NCBI GenBank assembly: GCA_963833575.1
Contig: CAWHXY010000008.1
Span: forward strand, 96,001-160,000
DNA: 64,000 nucleotides
Reading direction: 5' to 3'
From: Candidatus Bathyarchaeota archaeon
GTDB taxonomy: Archaea; Thermoproteota; Bathyarchaeia; Bathyarchaeales; Bathycorpusculaceae
Positions 1 to 10,080 of the stretch are shown one piece after another; the first letter of the stretch is position 1; the number at the start of each line of letters is the position of its first letter. A model generated the notes under the pieces. That model did not search any database. It was not told where the DNA came from and saw only the letters and a list, made by a program, of their open reading frames with translations. The translations under genes were made by a program, and so were the position numbers.

Positions 1-2109
1 AGGCGTTGTTTTGCGTTTTATTAGAAGCATGCTGCTGACAATTGCAATAACCACTGCAGCTATTACAACAGATATTACAACTAAGTTGTTGGTGCTTGAA
101 TTGTTATTGCTACCGTTGCTGCTGACTAGTGGCACATGAAGTGTCAAAGGCTGAGCATTATAACTGGGGATAGTTTCATTTAGCTGCGTGTATCCATCCT
201 TAATTATTTTGAATACATATGATCCTGCTGTTGCGTTTTGGAAAGTAACTGAGCCTGATGCATCTGTTACATTGGTCAGTGTTGCCATTCCTGTTGGTTG
301 AGTGGTTGACGAGACAAGTACGTTAGTTAATGGGGTTCCTTGGCTATCTTCAATGAGTAAGGTTATTGTTCCTGTAGCTGGTGCCGGTGTGGGTGTAGGT
401 GTGGGCGATGGAGTTGGGGTTGGTGTTGGGGTGGGCGCTGGAGCAGGTGTCACTGTTACTTGTGTAGTTCCTTGGGCGTTTAAGTATCCTGTTTTTGAGC
501 CACTTACTGTAATTGTGCAGCTTGTTGTCGTAGTGAAACTTGGAGCTGCAAAGCTTGCGTTATAGTATCCGTTTCCTTGATCTGTAACTGCGGTGAACGA
601 TCCGCCATTGTTTGATGCGAAGTTTATAGTAGCGCCTGCTACTGGGCCTCCGTTAGCCGTTACATAAGCAGTTATTTCCGAAGATAATGCATTATTGACG
701 CTTGTGGGATTAGCCGTTACTGATATCTGAAGAGGTGAATAATCAATTAGGTAAGTCGTTATTTGACCTTGCCCAGTACTGTATCCTGATGATTGTGCTG
801 TGATTGCAATTTGGCCTGGAGCATTTGTAACTGTTAGGCTTCCAGTGGCTTGCGTATCTCCTGAGGGAATTACAAGGGTTTGGCTAACTGATGCAACGCC
901 AGGATTTTGTGAGAATAGATTTACGCTTACATCTACTTCAGGGTTTTTTGCAGGGCGTCCCTGTGAATCTTGAAGCTGCACTATGATCGCGGAGTATGTT
1001 TTGTTATCAGATGGCAGGACTGGTGGAACTGCATAGACAGCTAACTTTGGCGGAATAAACTCCACCGTACTTATTTGTTGTGAATCGGGGTTCCAGTCTG
1101 TCGCGGCAGCAACGATATTTGTCACTCCTGCCTTGTAAGTGGAGTTGAACGTTGCTACTTCATAGGTTGAGAATTGTGAAGTTGCCCCAATTGTTAGGGT
1201 GGAATTTGTTTGCCCTATGTTAGTATCAGTTGACACCAAAGTGATTGCGACATTTGAGGTTGTATTTGCTATATTCCCTGCACTGTCTTGTAATTCAACT
1301 GCAATTTGTGGATATGAGTTATTATCTGCGAGAATGTGATTGGGTCCTACAAAGATTTTTAGATATTTAGGATTAACTGGATCGGTTGTAACACTTTTTG
1401 TTGTAATTGATAATTGTTTCGATGCGTATCCGTTTGCCATTGTGGAAATAATTGCCGCTCTTACGCTAGGTGTTGTAGTTGTAGTGAAATTGGCAATTGC
1501 ATAAGTTTGCCCATAGGGGATTGTGACATTAGTAACTGTTCCTACGTCATTTTCTGAGCATGAAAGGGTTACATTTACGCCGTTTGGTGGTGCCCTTTGT
1601 GGCAAACCACTTGAATCTTGCAGCTGAACCATTATGGCTGGATAAGTTCCTCCGTCAGCCGGTAGGGTTGATGGAAATCCATATATCGCTATTGATGAGG
1701 GTACGGGCGTAACTGTGATTACAGTTGCTTGCACAGTTGCGTAATCTGTTGCGGAAGCTGTTATTATTGTACTTCCAGGAGCTAAAGTCGCGTAGAAGTT
1801 AGCTGAAACAAATGTAGCATTTTTAGGTATGGTGACTGACGAATCTACAGTTCCAATGAAAGTGTTTTGAGATGTCAGGCTTACTGCTGTATCTTGTAGT
1901 GCTCGAGCGGGTTGCCCATTAGAATCCTGCAATTGCAAGAAAATACAGTTGTATACACTCCCATCAGCAAGTACACTAGTTGGACCAACGTAAATGCTGA
2001 GTTTGGAAGGTCCTGCTGCTGATGCTAAAGAAGTATTCTGATTAAAAACTAAAAATGCTGAAGTTAAAATTAAGATAGCTATTGAAATGGTAATTATTTT
2101 CTTTTTCAT
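1..2109 (-). CDS. Secreted/surface protein with tandem invasin-like (Big_1-type) Ig repeats, Pro/Thr linker and C-terminal TM anchor; stop codon lies beyond the window start
   Basis: Absent from the ORF track; read by hand from ATG at 2107-2109 (ATGA overlap with the upstream gene). Signal peptide MKKKIITISIAILILTSAFLVFNQ; four repeats of (L/P)ADG..Y..I.(V/L)QLQDS.G.P; PT linker at ~378-452; ends ...LVVISVVIAAVVIAIVSSMLLIKRKTTP at base 1. Confidence 0.8.
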   Translation of the reverse strand, partial: MKKKIITISIAILILTSAFLVFNQNTSLASAAGPSKLSIYVGPTSVLADGSVYNCIFLQLQDSNGQPARALQDTAVSLTSQNTFIGTVDSSVTIPKNATFVSANFYATLAPGSTIITASATDYATVQATVITVTPVPSSIAIYGFPSTLPADGGTYPAIMVQLQDSSGLPQRAPPNGVNVTLSCSENDVGTVTNVTIPYGQTYAIANFTTTTTPSVRAAIISTMANGYASKQLSITTKSVTTDPVNPKYLKIFVGPNHILADNNSYPQIAVELQDSAGNIANTTSNVAITLVSTDTNIGQTNSTLTIGATSQFSTYEVATFNSTYKAGVTNIVAAATDWNPDSQQISTVEFIPPKLAVYAVPPVLPSDNKTYSAIIVQLQDSQGRPAKNPEVDVSVNLFSQNPGVASVSQTLVIPSGDTQATGSLTVTNAPGQIAITAQSSGYSTGQGQITTYLIDYSPLQISVTANPTSVNNALSSEITAYVTANGGPVAGATINFASNNGGSFTAVTDQGNGYYNASFAAPSFTTTTSCTITVSGSKTGYLNAQGTTQVTVTPAPAPTPTPTPTPSPTPTPTPAPATGTITLLIEDSQGTPLTNVLVSSTTQPTGMATLTNVTDASGSVTFQNATAGSYVFKIIKDGYTQLNETIPSYNAQPLTLHVPLVSSNGSNNNSSTNNLVVISVVIAAVVIAIVSSMLLIKRKTTP

Positions 2110-2540
2110 TTTTCTTTTCCTCTGTTTTTATCTTCTTTTTTCGAAACCTTGTTTTTCTTAATATTTTGAGAAATGTTTTTTGGTTTTTTTGAACTATTTT
2201 GAGAAGACTGTTTTTCTGAGCCATTTTTTATTTTTTGGCAGAGTGTACATGAAATATTAGATATTTCTATATGATAATGAAGCGACGGCTCTTCACAATC
2301 TTTTATTCGGCACTCAGCAACAATTGGAATTTTATTTTTTACTTCCTCTTCTAAAAGATAAAAACTGCATTGCCCATTTTTCGCGTGTTCACAACTTGAT
2401 TTTCTCATTTCTCCGAAAAATGTAGCGTTAGATAATATTTCTATTAAGGTTAAGACTTCTTGTTTTTTCTGTCTTTCGATTATGTCGACACGTTTATTTA
2501 GCTCGTCTATGTCCGTGACCATTCGGAATCTTACATCCAA
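2106..2540 (-). CDS. Hypothetical Cys/His-rich (probably Zn-binding) protein with basic tail
   Basis: CEH-x4-C, CRIKDC, HYH and CTLC motifs; co-oriented and translationally coupled to the surface-protein gene. Confidence 0.65.
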   Translation of the reverse strand: MDVRFRMVTDIDELNKRVDIIERQKKQEVLTLIEILSNATFFGEMRKSSCEHAKNGQCSFYLLEEEVKNKIPIVAECRIKDCEEPSLHYHIEISNISCTLCQKIKNGSEKQSSQNSSKKPKNISQNIKKNKVSKKEDKNRGKEK

Positions 2541-2612
2541 TGGTAAATTGAAGAAGTTCTCTTATATACTAAGAAAATAACAAGATTTCTAAGGTGGCTA
2601 CCGAATAAGAAT

Positions 2613-3431
2613 TTATTTCTTGTGAATAGACTGCGCATATTGTATCTTTTGGTTAGGTTCACATGCAATTAATATGGTTAGATTTTCATTTTTTATGGCT
2701 TTCATTAATGTTCTGATTTTTGCTTCGTTGGAGTAGACAGTTCTTGGGGAGATGCCGAATATTTCTCCAATTTTTTCTTTGGAAATCTTTTGTTTTTTGC
2801 ATGCGTAATAGAAGGCGCCTGCCGCTAGTCCAACTGGGTTTCCGCCAGACCTTCTTATTTTCTGAAGTGCATTTTCTGCATTGAGGATAAGTTCTTTGTC
2901 CGGTGTTATTTTTCCCGCGTATTCGTGTAAGTAGTCTATGGCTGTTTTTCGTGGAATTCTTGTTCGTTCTTTTTTGGTTTTAAGGGTTTTGTTGAGTAGC
3001 CATGCTTGTTTCATTACTGTTCTTTGATCAAGGCTTAGGTCTTTGCTTATTTCTTTGATGGGACGCATTTTATCGTATTCTTTGAGTATGAGGTGCATTA
3101 GGGCCGCGATTGTTGCTCTTTTGTTTTTTGAGAGTTTTTGTGATTTAAAAAGTGAATGATTTTGTGTTCTAATCGTTCGAGCAGCTTCTTCCCTGTACGG
3201 GTAATTAGGAATGTTAAGTTGACAAGAGATAGATCTTAAAAGCGTTAACCATTCTTTGAGCGTTTCTGAGTCTTCTTCGTTCCAGTTTGAATACCATTCA
3301 GGAGTCCACTGAGTGTAACCCTTAAAAGACGGAGTCTCATCTATAACCAACCCGCATTTGCTGCAGATTTTTTCTCCTTCGACGCCTTCAGGATAAAGAA
3401 CAATAATATTTTCGCACGTGTGGGACTTCAA
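2613..3431 (-). CDS. Short/divergent transcription factor B (TFIIB) family protein
   Basis: N-terminal Zn ribbon (HTC...GEKICSKCGLVID), QWTPEW segment, two cyclin-like repeats with GGNPVGLAAGAFYYAC and HTH-like ISKEKIGEIFGISPRTV. Confidence 0.8.
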   Translation of the reverse strand: MKSHTCENIIVLYPEGVEGEKICSKCGLVIDETPSFKGYTQWTPEWYSNWNEEDSETLKEWLTLLRSISCQLNIPNYPYREEAARTIRTQNHSLFKSQKLSKNKRATIAALMHLILKEYDKMRPIKEISKDLSLDQRTVMKQAWLLNKTLKTKKERTRIPRKTAIDYLHEYAGKITPDKELILNAENALQKIRRSGGNPVGLAAGAFYYACKKQKISKEKIGEIFGISPRTVYSNEAKIRTLMKAIKNENLTILIACEPNQKIQYAQSIHKK

Positions 3432-3724
3432 GTTTCTCGCTCTTTTTTAATTTTCTTATAAGCACCTGGAAATTTGATATCCTTAGGTTGACAGAAGCAT
3501 TTATAAAACTTAAGAACTCAGAATATATTAATTCGATACTTTGATTAATACTATTTATTAAAAAACAAAAATATTACTAGTGAAATTATTTGATAATGCT
3601 TTATTCTTCAATTTTAGCCAATAAGATTACGGCTAAATTCGAAAATATGAGACACATACGAAGGATTTCCGTTAGTTTCTTAAATTATATATCGAATTTT
3701 GGAATATTCGTCAGATAAAAACAT

Positions 3725-3733
3725 GGTATATAA
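3725..3733 (+). promoter_or_regulatory. Putative archaeal TATA box for the major pilin gene
   Basis: GGTATATAA preceded by a purine-rich BRE-like stretch, ~60 nt upstream of ATG 3791; GGAGGTG SD at ~3773-3779. Confidence 0.4.
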
Positions 3734-3790
3734 TGTCACTCTTTCAATAAAATGTCAAATGGGAAATTTAACGGAGGTGCAAAAGAAAAA

Positions 3791-4255
3791 ATGAAAAGTT
3801 TTAGACGAAATATGAAAGGCATATCACCAATATTCGCAACTCTCATACTAATCGCAATCGCAGTTATTGCTGGAGTAGTAGTTTACATGTTTACAAGCGG
3901 AACACTAGCAACCATGACAAGCGGTGGAACAGCAGCACAAGAAAAAATTTCAGTTCAAGGATCGAGTATTGTCGCAAGTAGTGGTGTGGCTACGTTGTAT
4001 GTTGAGCAGACCAGTGGTCCGGCTGCAACACCAAACAGCATAATAATTAAAGACTCATCCGGAACTACGCTCGGCGTCGTTACAGTTTCAGTAAGTCCAG
4101 CTGCAGATACAGGCTTAGCAAGTGGAACGATGTACACTATTACTGGTGGAGCCTATTCTGGTGCTACTACCCTCACAGCGGGTACACAATATACTCTTAC
4201 GCTAACAACTAAAGCAGGCGGCAGTTTCGTATCAACAGGAGTAGTTGCAACTTAG
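3791..4255 (+). CDS. Archaeal type IV pilin (probable major pilin)
   Basis: Class III signal peptide MKSFRRNMKG|ISPIFATLILIAIAVIAGVVVY followed by a beta-rich Thr/Ser/Gly domain. Start moved from 3752 to ATG 3791 because of the SD and TATA positions. Confidence 0.9.
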   Translation: MKSFRRNMKGISPIFATLILIAIAVIAGVVVYMFTSGTLATMTSGGTAAQEKISVQGSSIVASSGVATLYVEQTSGPAATPNSIIIKDSSGTTLGVVTVSVSPAADTGLASGTMYTITGGAYSGATTLTAGTQYTLTLTTKAGGSFVSTGVVAT

Positions 4256-4265
4256 TTTGAACGGC

Positions 4266-4293
4266 ATTTTCTTTTCCGTTGAACTTTTTTTTT
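4266..4293 (+). terminator. T-rich archaeal terminator after the pilin
   Basis: TTTTCTTTT and a long T run just after the stop; short AACGG/CCGTT inverted repeat. Confidence 0.45.
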
Positions 4294-4580
4294 ATCTCTA
4301 ACTCGGACACTTTTCTATAGTCAATTAAGAGTTAATTTTAAAATCTGAAACCAAATACTTCAAATTATTTTTCTGAAGAATTCAACCGATTAGAACACGT
4401 GACTTATAGATGGTAAATTACAGATATCCCACTATCTGAAAATACGTCTAACATAAAGTAAAATTAATTAGAACAACTCTGAAAGATGTTAAATAAATTT
4501 TTATAGTGTTCGACGAAAAGCTTGTTTGTTCCAATAATATCAAACCCATTAGCAAAATTCTCCAAAAAGGCGCTCAGCTA

Positions 4581-4824
4581 TTATTTATCAATTGAAACTA
4601 AATCAGCAATTTTCAAAAATAAAACTTTGGCGTTTCATTTCTTGCTTCAGCAATCAAATATTTTTTTAGGCATTCTTCGTAGTTTTCGCATTTGCCAGGC
4701 TCTGAGCAGTTGAATAGTCCTTCGCAATCAAGAATTGATTTCTCTACTTTGAATTGATGATTATGGGTGAATTTGTCTCAAGATTATGAGCAACAATTTT
4801 TTGATTATGTTTTTTCTCTTTCAC
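4581..4824 (-). pseudogene. Possible frameshifted small Cys-rich ORF
   Basis: Frame ending at TAA 4581-4583 reads VEKSILDCEGLFNCSEPGKCENYEECLKKYL... but has no start codon; an upstream GTG (4824) opens a different frame. Confidence 0.3.
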
Positions 4825-5303
4825 ATAATGAAGGAAAAAAAAAGAAATACCATAAGTTTTTTGAATTGTCAAACATGAGTAATAAACCATAGTCTAAATC
4901 AAAAAATAGACGGATCTAAAAAATAGAATTAATAAAATCTATTTCTAGAAAGCTATGAGTTTTCCCTGTTTTATTTCTGTATCTTGCACGTTTCGGTTCG
5001 GGTTTGAAGGATAGTGGTAAATCGTCATTTTTTCAATTTCCAAATGAAATAGCCTCATTTATTTGGCTACAAATGCTGCGTTATGATATTTTTGTACCAT
5101 AAAATTCTATAATTTTGCCTGATATTATTAAATTTGAAATAGTATTTATCAAAGCGGTATTGCCCCGTTTTAATCTTATTTGCCTGTGAAAAATCGTAGT
5201 TTATTAACACTCTCTAGTAATGAAATGGCGGCAAGATGAAAAATGAAGTTTCGGCCAATTAGTAGTGAGACAAGAAGAGGAAAGTATTAAGGTAAACTGT
5301 TAG

Positions 5304-5861
5304 GTGCGGTATTTGAGAAAACTAAATGTTTGGTTACGAAATAAGCATGCGCTTAGTCCAATATTTGCTACCGTATTGTTAGCTTCAATCATAATTATTT
5401 TCGGCTCTGTTGCATATTACTATTCGAGTAATCTTACCAGAACAGCCACTAACAGTTATGTAAGTTCTTTGTCTGACAGTCAGCAATCTATTTCTGAGCG
5501 AATAGGCTTTGAAAACGTAGTTGAAATTAATTCTACTAATCCTGTAACATTAAGGATTTGTATAATCGATTCTGGAAGCGCGAATAATGTTCAAATTGCT
5601 TCTGTTTTTCTGTATTTTAGTTCCAACAATACCCTTTTTGGGCAACCAATTCAAGGTAGTGTTAGACTTTCTGGAGGTAGTCATATTTTCCCATTATTTT
5701 TTATTGACAATAGAACATCAATTCAAAGTAATAGTCTGAACGTAGGGAGCGAAGGATACTTTACTGTTCCATTACCTAGAGTGTTACAATCTGGAACAGA
5801 ATATACTATTCATGTAATTACTCAGCGTGGGAGTGCTTTTGACTATGAATTTACACCTTAA
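5304..5861 (+). CDS. Minor type IV pilin-like protein
   Basis: RNKHA|LSPIFATVLLASIIIIFG class III-type signal; ERIGFENV and YTIHVITQRGSAF pilin-like segments. Confidence 0.8.
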   Translation: MRYLRKLNVWLRNKHALSPIFATVLLASIIIIFGSVAYYYSSNLTRTATNSYVSSLSDSQQSISERIGFENVVEINSTNPVTLRICIIDSGSANNVQIASVFLYFSSNNTLFGQPIQGSVRLSGGSHIFPLFFIDNRTSIQSNSLNVGSEGYFTVPLPRVLQSGTEYTIHVITQRGSAFDYEFTP

Positions 5862-8800
5862 ACTGCATCGAAACAATAAAGGAATCGGCACAATATTTGG
5901 AATGGTATTTTTCTTACTAATAGTTATGATTGTTTTCGCCAGCTTAATGATTATTCTCAACCAAAACACTGGTCTACAACAAACTGTAATGCAGACAAAT
6001 CAACTGGACCAGAATAAAGCAAGTGAACAGCTAACAATATCTCAACAACCAAACTCAAACCTTTACACAAACATTGGCTCAACCAGCGTAACTGTCAATT
6101 TTAATATCACCAATTCTGGAACACTCCCCGTTCAAGTCATCCGCCTATGGATTGAAGACTTAAACAACTCAGCAACGGGATATTTGCCCATTTTACCCAC
6201 AGACAAAATCTACTCGTTAACACCAGGAGAGTCTCAGCTTTACAGTGGCAGCGTCCAAATTACGCTTGCTAATTCTAATGATACCCTCATATTTTGGGTT
6301 GAAACTACAAGAGGGAACCAATTTACACTTCAACAATTAAATGGTGTTTCTCCATTTAGCGTTTACCAAAGTCTTTCAAATGTCTTTGGAGATTTTCTTC
6401 CATATTATCACTCAATCCAATGGTCCATTGTTACGAAGCAAGGAAGTAACTATGTAGCAGGACCTTGGCACGATGGTTGGATCATAAATCCGAACTCAGG
6501 TAGTTACGTTGCATTCCGAATTAACTTAACCTATTGGGGTCAAAATACCCTGAGAATTGATAATGATACTAATATATGGCTTGAAAATTTTCCGGGGTCA
6601 GTGTATGATGTAGGTTATCAAGAAGATGAACTCCCTCTCCTCTACATCTCTAACTACACAGCAAGCACGCAGATTTTTAGTATATATACGGGTCATGAAA
6701 TGACAGTTACACCATCACCGATCGGAACTAACATTACATTATATTTCGCTACTCTCCAAACAGCGGACGATAATGGGCTTCCAATAAATCCACAAACTCC
6801 CAGCGGCTACGAACTTGAAGATATTGAACCAACGGTAATAATGACTGCCACAATTTATGGGATGTCTCCAAGCACATACGCGCAGTCTTTTCTACTGTAT
6901 GCAGCTCAATCCCGTACTTTAGGTATAGACGCAACTCCGCCCTACGGACCCGTCGGGACTACTGAATCGGTGGATGGAACATCCTTCCAGGCTCGTACGA
7001 CCATTTCACTGTTTTATGATTCAACTCCTATAACGATTCCGACAACCACAACAAATACCGCAGGAAACTTCGGTCCAGTAACATTTATCATACCGCCCTC
7101 GGTAGCTGGTACTCACACAATAACTGCCGTCGATTCAAGCCCAAGTCATAACACAGCCATTGCACCTTTCACAGTTATTCCAACAATAACCTTAAGTCAA
7201 ACTCAAGGTCCAAAAAACACACCTGTCACCGTAACAGGAACTGGCTTTGCGGCCAACTCAAATGTCGGAATTACGTTTGGTGGAAATGCAGTAGCAACCA
7301 CTCCCGTAGTAGTTACAACAGACGGTTTTGGTTCATTCACGGCAACATTTTTAGTTCCAGCCTCAGTCGCTGGTGCTACCCCTGTCGCCGCAACTGATGC
7401 CAGCGGCAACACGGCTTCTTCTAATTTCGGAGTAACTATTGCGTCGATTAGTCTGGCTCCACCAAATGCAAAAGTAGGTGCAACGGTTACAGTAAGTGGA
7501 TCCAACTTCATATCTAATTCACCTATAACTATAGCACTAGATGGAGTTCAAGTAGCAACAACTACGGCCATCGCTACTGGTGCTATTCCGGGAGGAGTAA
7601 CATTTACCGTGCCAGCTACTCCAGCTGGAGCTCATACTATCACCGCTACAGATTCGACCAACAACATTGCAACAGCTACATTGACAGTTACACCAAATAC
7701 CATTATAGCTCCAACAAGTGGTCCCTACGGAACCTCTGTCTCCATAACAGGACAAGGTTTCGCCGCTTCTTCACCTATCACCTTGAGTTTCAATGGAGCC
7801 AACATCGCAACTTCCCCATTATCACTGCAAACTGATAATACAGGCTCATTCTCCGGCTCATTTATCGTGCCTTCTTCATCAGCAGGCGCACAACCTGTTC
7901 TTTCTTCAGACGGTACAAACTCGTATTCAAACACTTTCACTGTTATTACCCGAGCCATTACATTAAATCCAACAAGCGGGCCTAACGGCGCTACAATAAC
8001 AGTCACAGGATCAAACTTCGAACCCATCCAAGTAATATCCTTGAGTTTCGACGCCTCATCACTTACAACATTTCCAACTACAGTTATTAGTAGCGGCACT
8101 GGAGCGTTCTCTTGCACATTTAATGTCCCGAACACTTCTGTCGGCAGCCACACGGTGAATGCAGGTGACACTGTGCCTAATGCGGTCTCTGCAACCTTCG
8201 GAGACGTAGCTTCCTCACTAACCCTTAACCCGAATAATGGTCCTATTGGCACAAGAGTTACTGTGACTGGCTCTAACTTCTTGCCTAATTCGCCTTTAAC
8301 GGTAACTTACAATGGGGTTACGGTTGTCACGCCCAATCCAACTTCCTCAAGTACCGGCACAATTCCGAATGGCGTATCTTTCCCCGTTCCCGCATCCACT
8401 TTCGGTCCTCATTCAGTTGTAGTTACAGACGGATTCGGAAATTCAGCTACAGCTACCTACACTGTAAATGCTGCCTCTTTGGCCTTAAACCCAGTAAGTG
8501 GGCTCATTGGCACCAGCATTACAGCGACAGGTCAGGGCTTTGCAGCCTCTTCACTCGTAACGATAACTTTCCCAGGATACAGTATTACCACTACGCCAAC
8601 TCCAGTGCAAACTGACACATCCGGCTCATTCGCTTGCTCCTTCAATAATCCGTCATTCGTATCCGGCGCCTACATAATCCAAGCTTCAGATGGTACCCAT
8701 ACAGCCCCGGCAACATTCACAGTCAATCCAGACGTTGCCATTACTCTATCAGTAACAGGTTTTCCGTCACCAGTAACAGCTGGAACCGCAGCAAGTGTGA

Positions 8801-10080
8801 CAGTAACTGCAAGGGATACATATGGCAATATTGCAACAGGTTATCGTGGTACGGTTCATTTCACTTCAAGTGATGGTCAGGCTGTTTTGCCTGCTAACTA
8901 TGTGTTTGTATCTGGTGATAATGGTGTTCATACTTTCACCAATGGGGTTACTTTGAAGACGGTTGGCACTCAGTCGGTTACGGCTACTGACACGGTGACC
9001 GGTTCAATTACTGGGTCCCAGATAGGTATAATTGTTACTCCTGGTGCTCTTGATCATTTCACTTTCAGCGCTATCTCGACGCCTCAGACTGCTGGTACTG
9101 CTATTACGGGTGTTACGATCACAGCTGTGGACGCTAACGGTAATACGGTTACGAGTTATGTGAGTTCGACGACTTTGACTGAGACTGCTGGTGGGGTTGG
9201 CGGAAGTGTTACGCAGTCGCCGGTTACGTTTGCTGGCGGTATATGGTCTGGCTCGTTGACTGTGACCAAGTCAGGCTCCGGCGTTACTATCACTGCTACT
9301 GGTGGTTCTCCAAGCAAGACTGGTACGAGTAACTCCTTCACGGTGAATCCTGGTGCTTTAGCAAAGTTTGCGTTTGCCACGATAAGCACTCAGACTACGG
9401 GTACGGCTTACAGCATTACTGTTACTGCTCAGGATGCTAACGGGAATACTGTTACGAGTTATGTTGGGAACCCAGGTTTGATTTCGTCTTCTTGGGTTGG
9501 TACTAAGAATTTGGGTGCATTTACCAGCGGAACTAGGACTGGTTCGGTTACGTCAACTGTAGCTGGTTCAACCACAATTACTGCTACTGACGGTGTTACT
9601 GGTACAAGTAACTCGTTCACAGTATTAGGAACATTCGGCAACACAAATACTGGAACGAACTATCAAGATGTAAGCAACCTAATCAGAGGTTCACCTTACG
9701 TTGCCCCCGCAACTGGCACTTTACAGAGCATAACTGCATACATTTATGTTACTAGCACGAGCAGAAACATTCAAGCAGCATTATACACAACTTCAGGTGC
9801 TCTCTTAGGTACTTCAAATGTTGTTACTGGAATTAGTGGCGGGGCGCAATCTGTCACGTTTTCCTTCAATACCAAGCCAAGTCTGACTGCTGGAACAACA
9901 TATGAACTAGTCTTGTCAGCTAACTCAGGAGGGTCAGATGTCTATCTTTACTATAGCGGAACAGGAGCGTCAGGTGTTGGCTATCATACTGGCACAGTTA
10001 CATTCAATACATGGCCAAGCGTAACATTCACTGCTGACACTTATCAATACTGCATCTACGGCACATATTCAATCCCTTAA
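5845..10080 (+). CDS. Giant pilin-like adhesin: class III signal peptide, pilin domain, ~7 IPT/TIG-like Ig repeats, 3 other Ig-like repeats, C-terminal domain
   Basis: MNLHLKLHRNNKG|IGTIFGMVFFLLIV; repeats P..GP.G..VTVTG..F...S.I.......F.VP.S..G.H, then TAGTA..(V/I)TVTA.D..GN..T.Y repeats. Start overlaps the upstream pilin's 3' end. Confidence 0.85.
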   Translation: MNLHLKLHRNNKGIGTIFGMVFFLLIVMIVFASLMIILNQNTGLQQTVMQTNQLDQNKASEQLTISQQPNSNLYTNIGSTSVTVNFNITNSGTLPVQVIRLWIEDLNNSATGYLPILPTDKIYSLTPGESQLYSGSVQITLANSNDTLIFWVETTRGNQFTLQQLNGVSPFSVYQSLSNVFGDFLPYYHSIQWSIVTKQGSNYVAGPWHDGWIINPNSGSYVAFRINLTYWGQNTLRIDNDTNIWLENFPGSVYDVGYQEDELPLLYISNYTASTQIFSIYTGHEMTVTPSPIGTNITLYFATLQTADDNGLPINPQTPSGYELEDIEPTVIMTATIYGMSPSTYAQSFLLYAAQSRTLGIDATPPYGPVGTTESVDGTSFQARTTISLFYDSTPITIPTTTTNTAGNFGPVTFIIPPSVAGTHTITAVDSSPSHNTAIAPFTVIPTITLSQTQGPKNTPVTVTGTGFAANSNVGITFGGNAVATTPVVVTTDGFGSFTATFLVPASVAGATPVAATDASGNTASSNFGVTIASISLAPPNAKVGATVTVSGSNFISNSPITIALDGVQVATTTAIATGAIPGGVTFTVPATPAGAHTITATDSTNNIATATLTVTPNTIIAPTSGPYGTSVSITGQGFAASSPITLSFNGANIATSPLSLQTDNTGSFSGSFIVPSSSAGAQPVLSSDGTNSYSNTFTVITRAITLNPTSGPNGATITVTGSNFEPIQVISLSFDASSLTTFPTTVISSGTGAFSCTFNVPNTSVGSHTVNAGDTVPNAVSATFGDVASSLTLNPNNGPIGTRVTVTGSNFLPNSPLTVTYNGVTVVTPNPTSSSTGTIPNGVSFPVPASTFGPHSVVVTDGFGNSATATYTVNAASLALNPVSGLIGTSITATGQGFAASSLVTITFPGYSITTTPTPVQTDTSGSFACSFNNPSFVSGAYIIQASDGTHTAPATFTVNPDVAITLSVTGFPSPVTAGTAASVTVTARDTYGNIATGYRGTVHFTSSDGQAVLPANYVFVSGDNGVHTFTNGVTLKTVGTQSVTATDTVTGSITGSQIGIIVTPGALDHFTFSAISTPQTAGTAITGVTITAVDANGNTVTSYVSSTTLTETAGGVGGSVTQSPVTFAGGIWSGSLTVTKSGSGVTITATGGSPSKTGTSNSFTVNPGALAKFAFATISTQTTGTAYSITVTAQDANGNTVTSYVGNPGLISSSWVGTKNLGAFTSGTRTGSVTSTVAGSTTITATDGVTGTSNSFTVLGTFGNTNTGTNYQDVSNLIRGSPYVAPATGTLQSITAYIYVTSTSRNIQAALYTTSGALLGTSNVVTGISGGAQSVTFSFNTKPSLTAGTTYELVLSANSGGSDVYLYYSGTGASGVGYHTGTVTFNTWPSVTFTADTYQYCIYGTYSIP

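Noticed and set aside
302-565. Gly/Val-repeat ORF on + strand
   Set aside because: Antisense shadow of the Pro/Thr linker of the 1-2109 surface protein.
6749-9644. Several minus-strand ORFs of 60-175 aa inside the giant adhesin (and similar short antisense ORFs within trp, leuS and kinase genes)
   Set aside because: Shadow frames of long, clearly recognisable genes, with no independent motifs.
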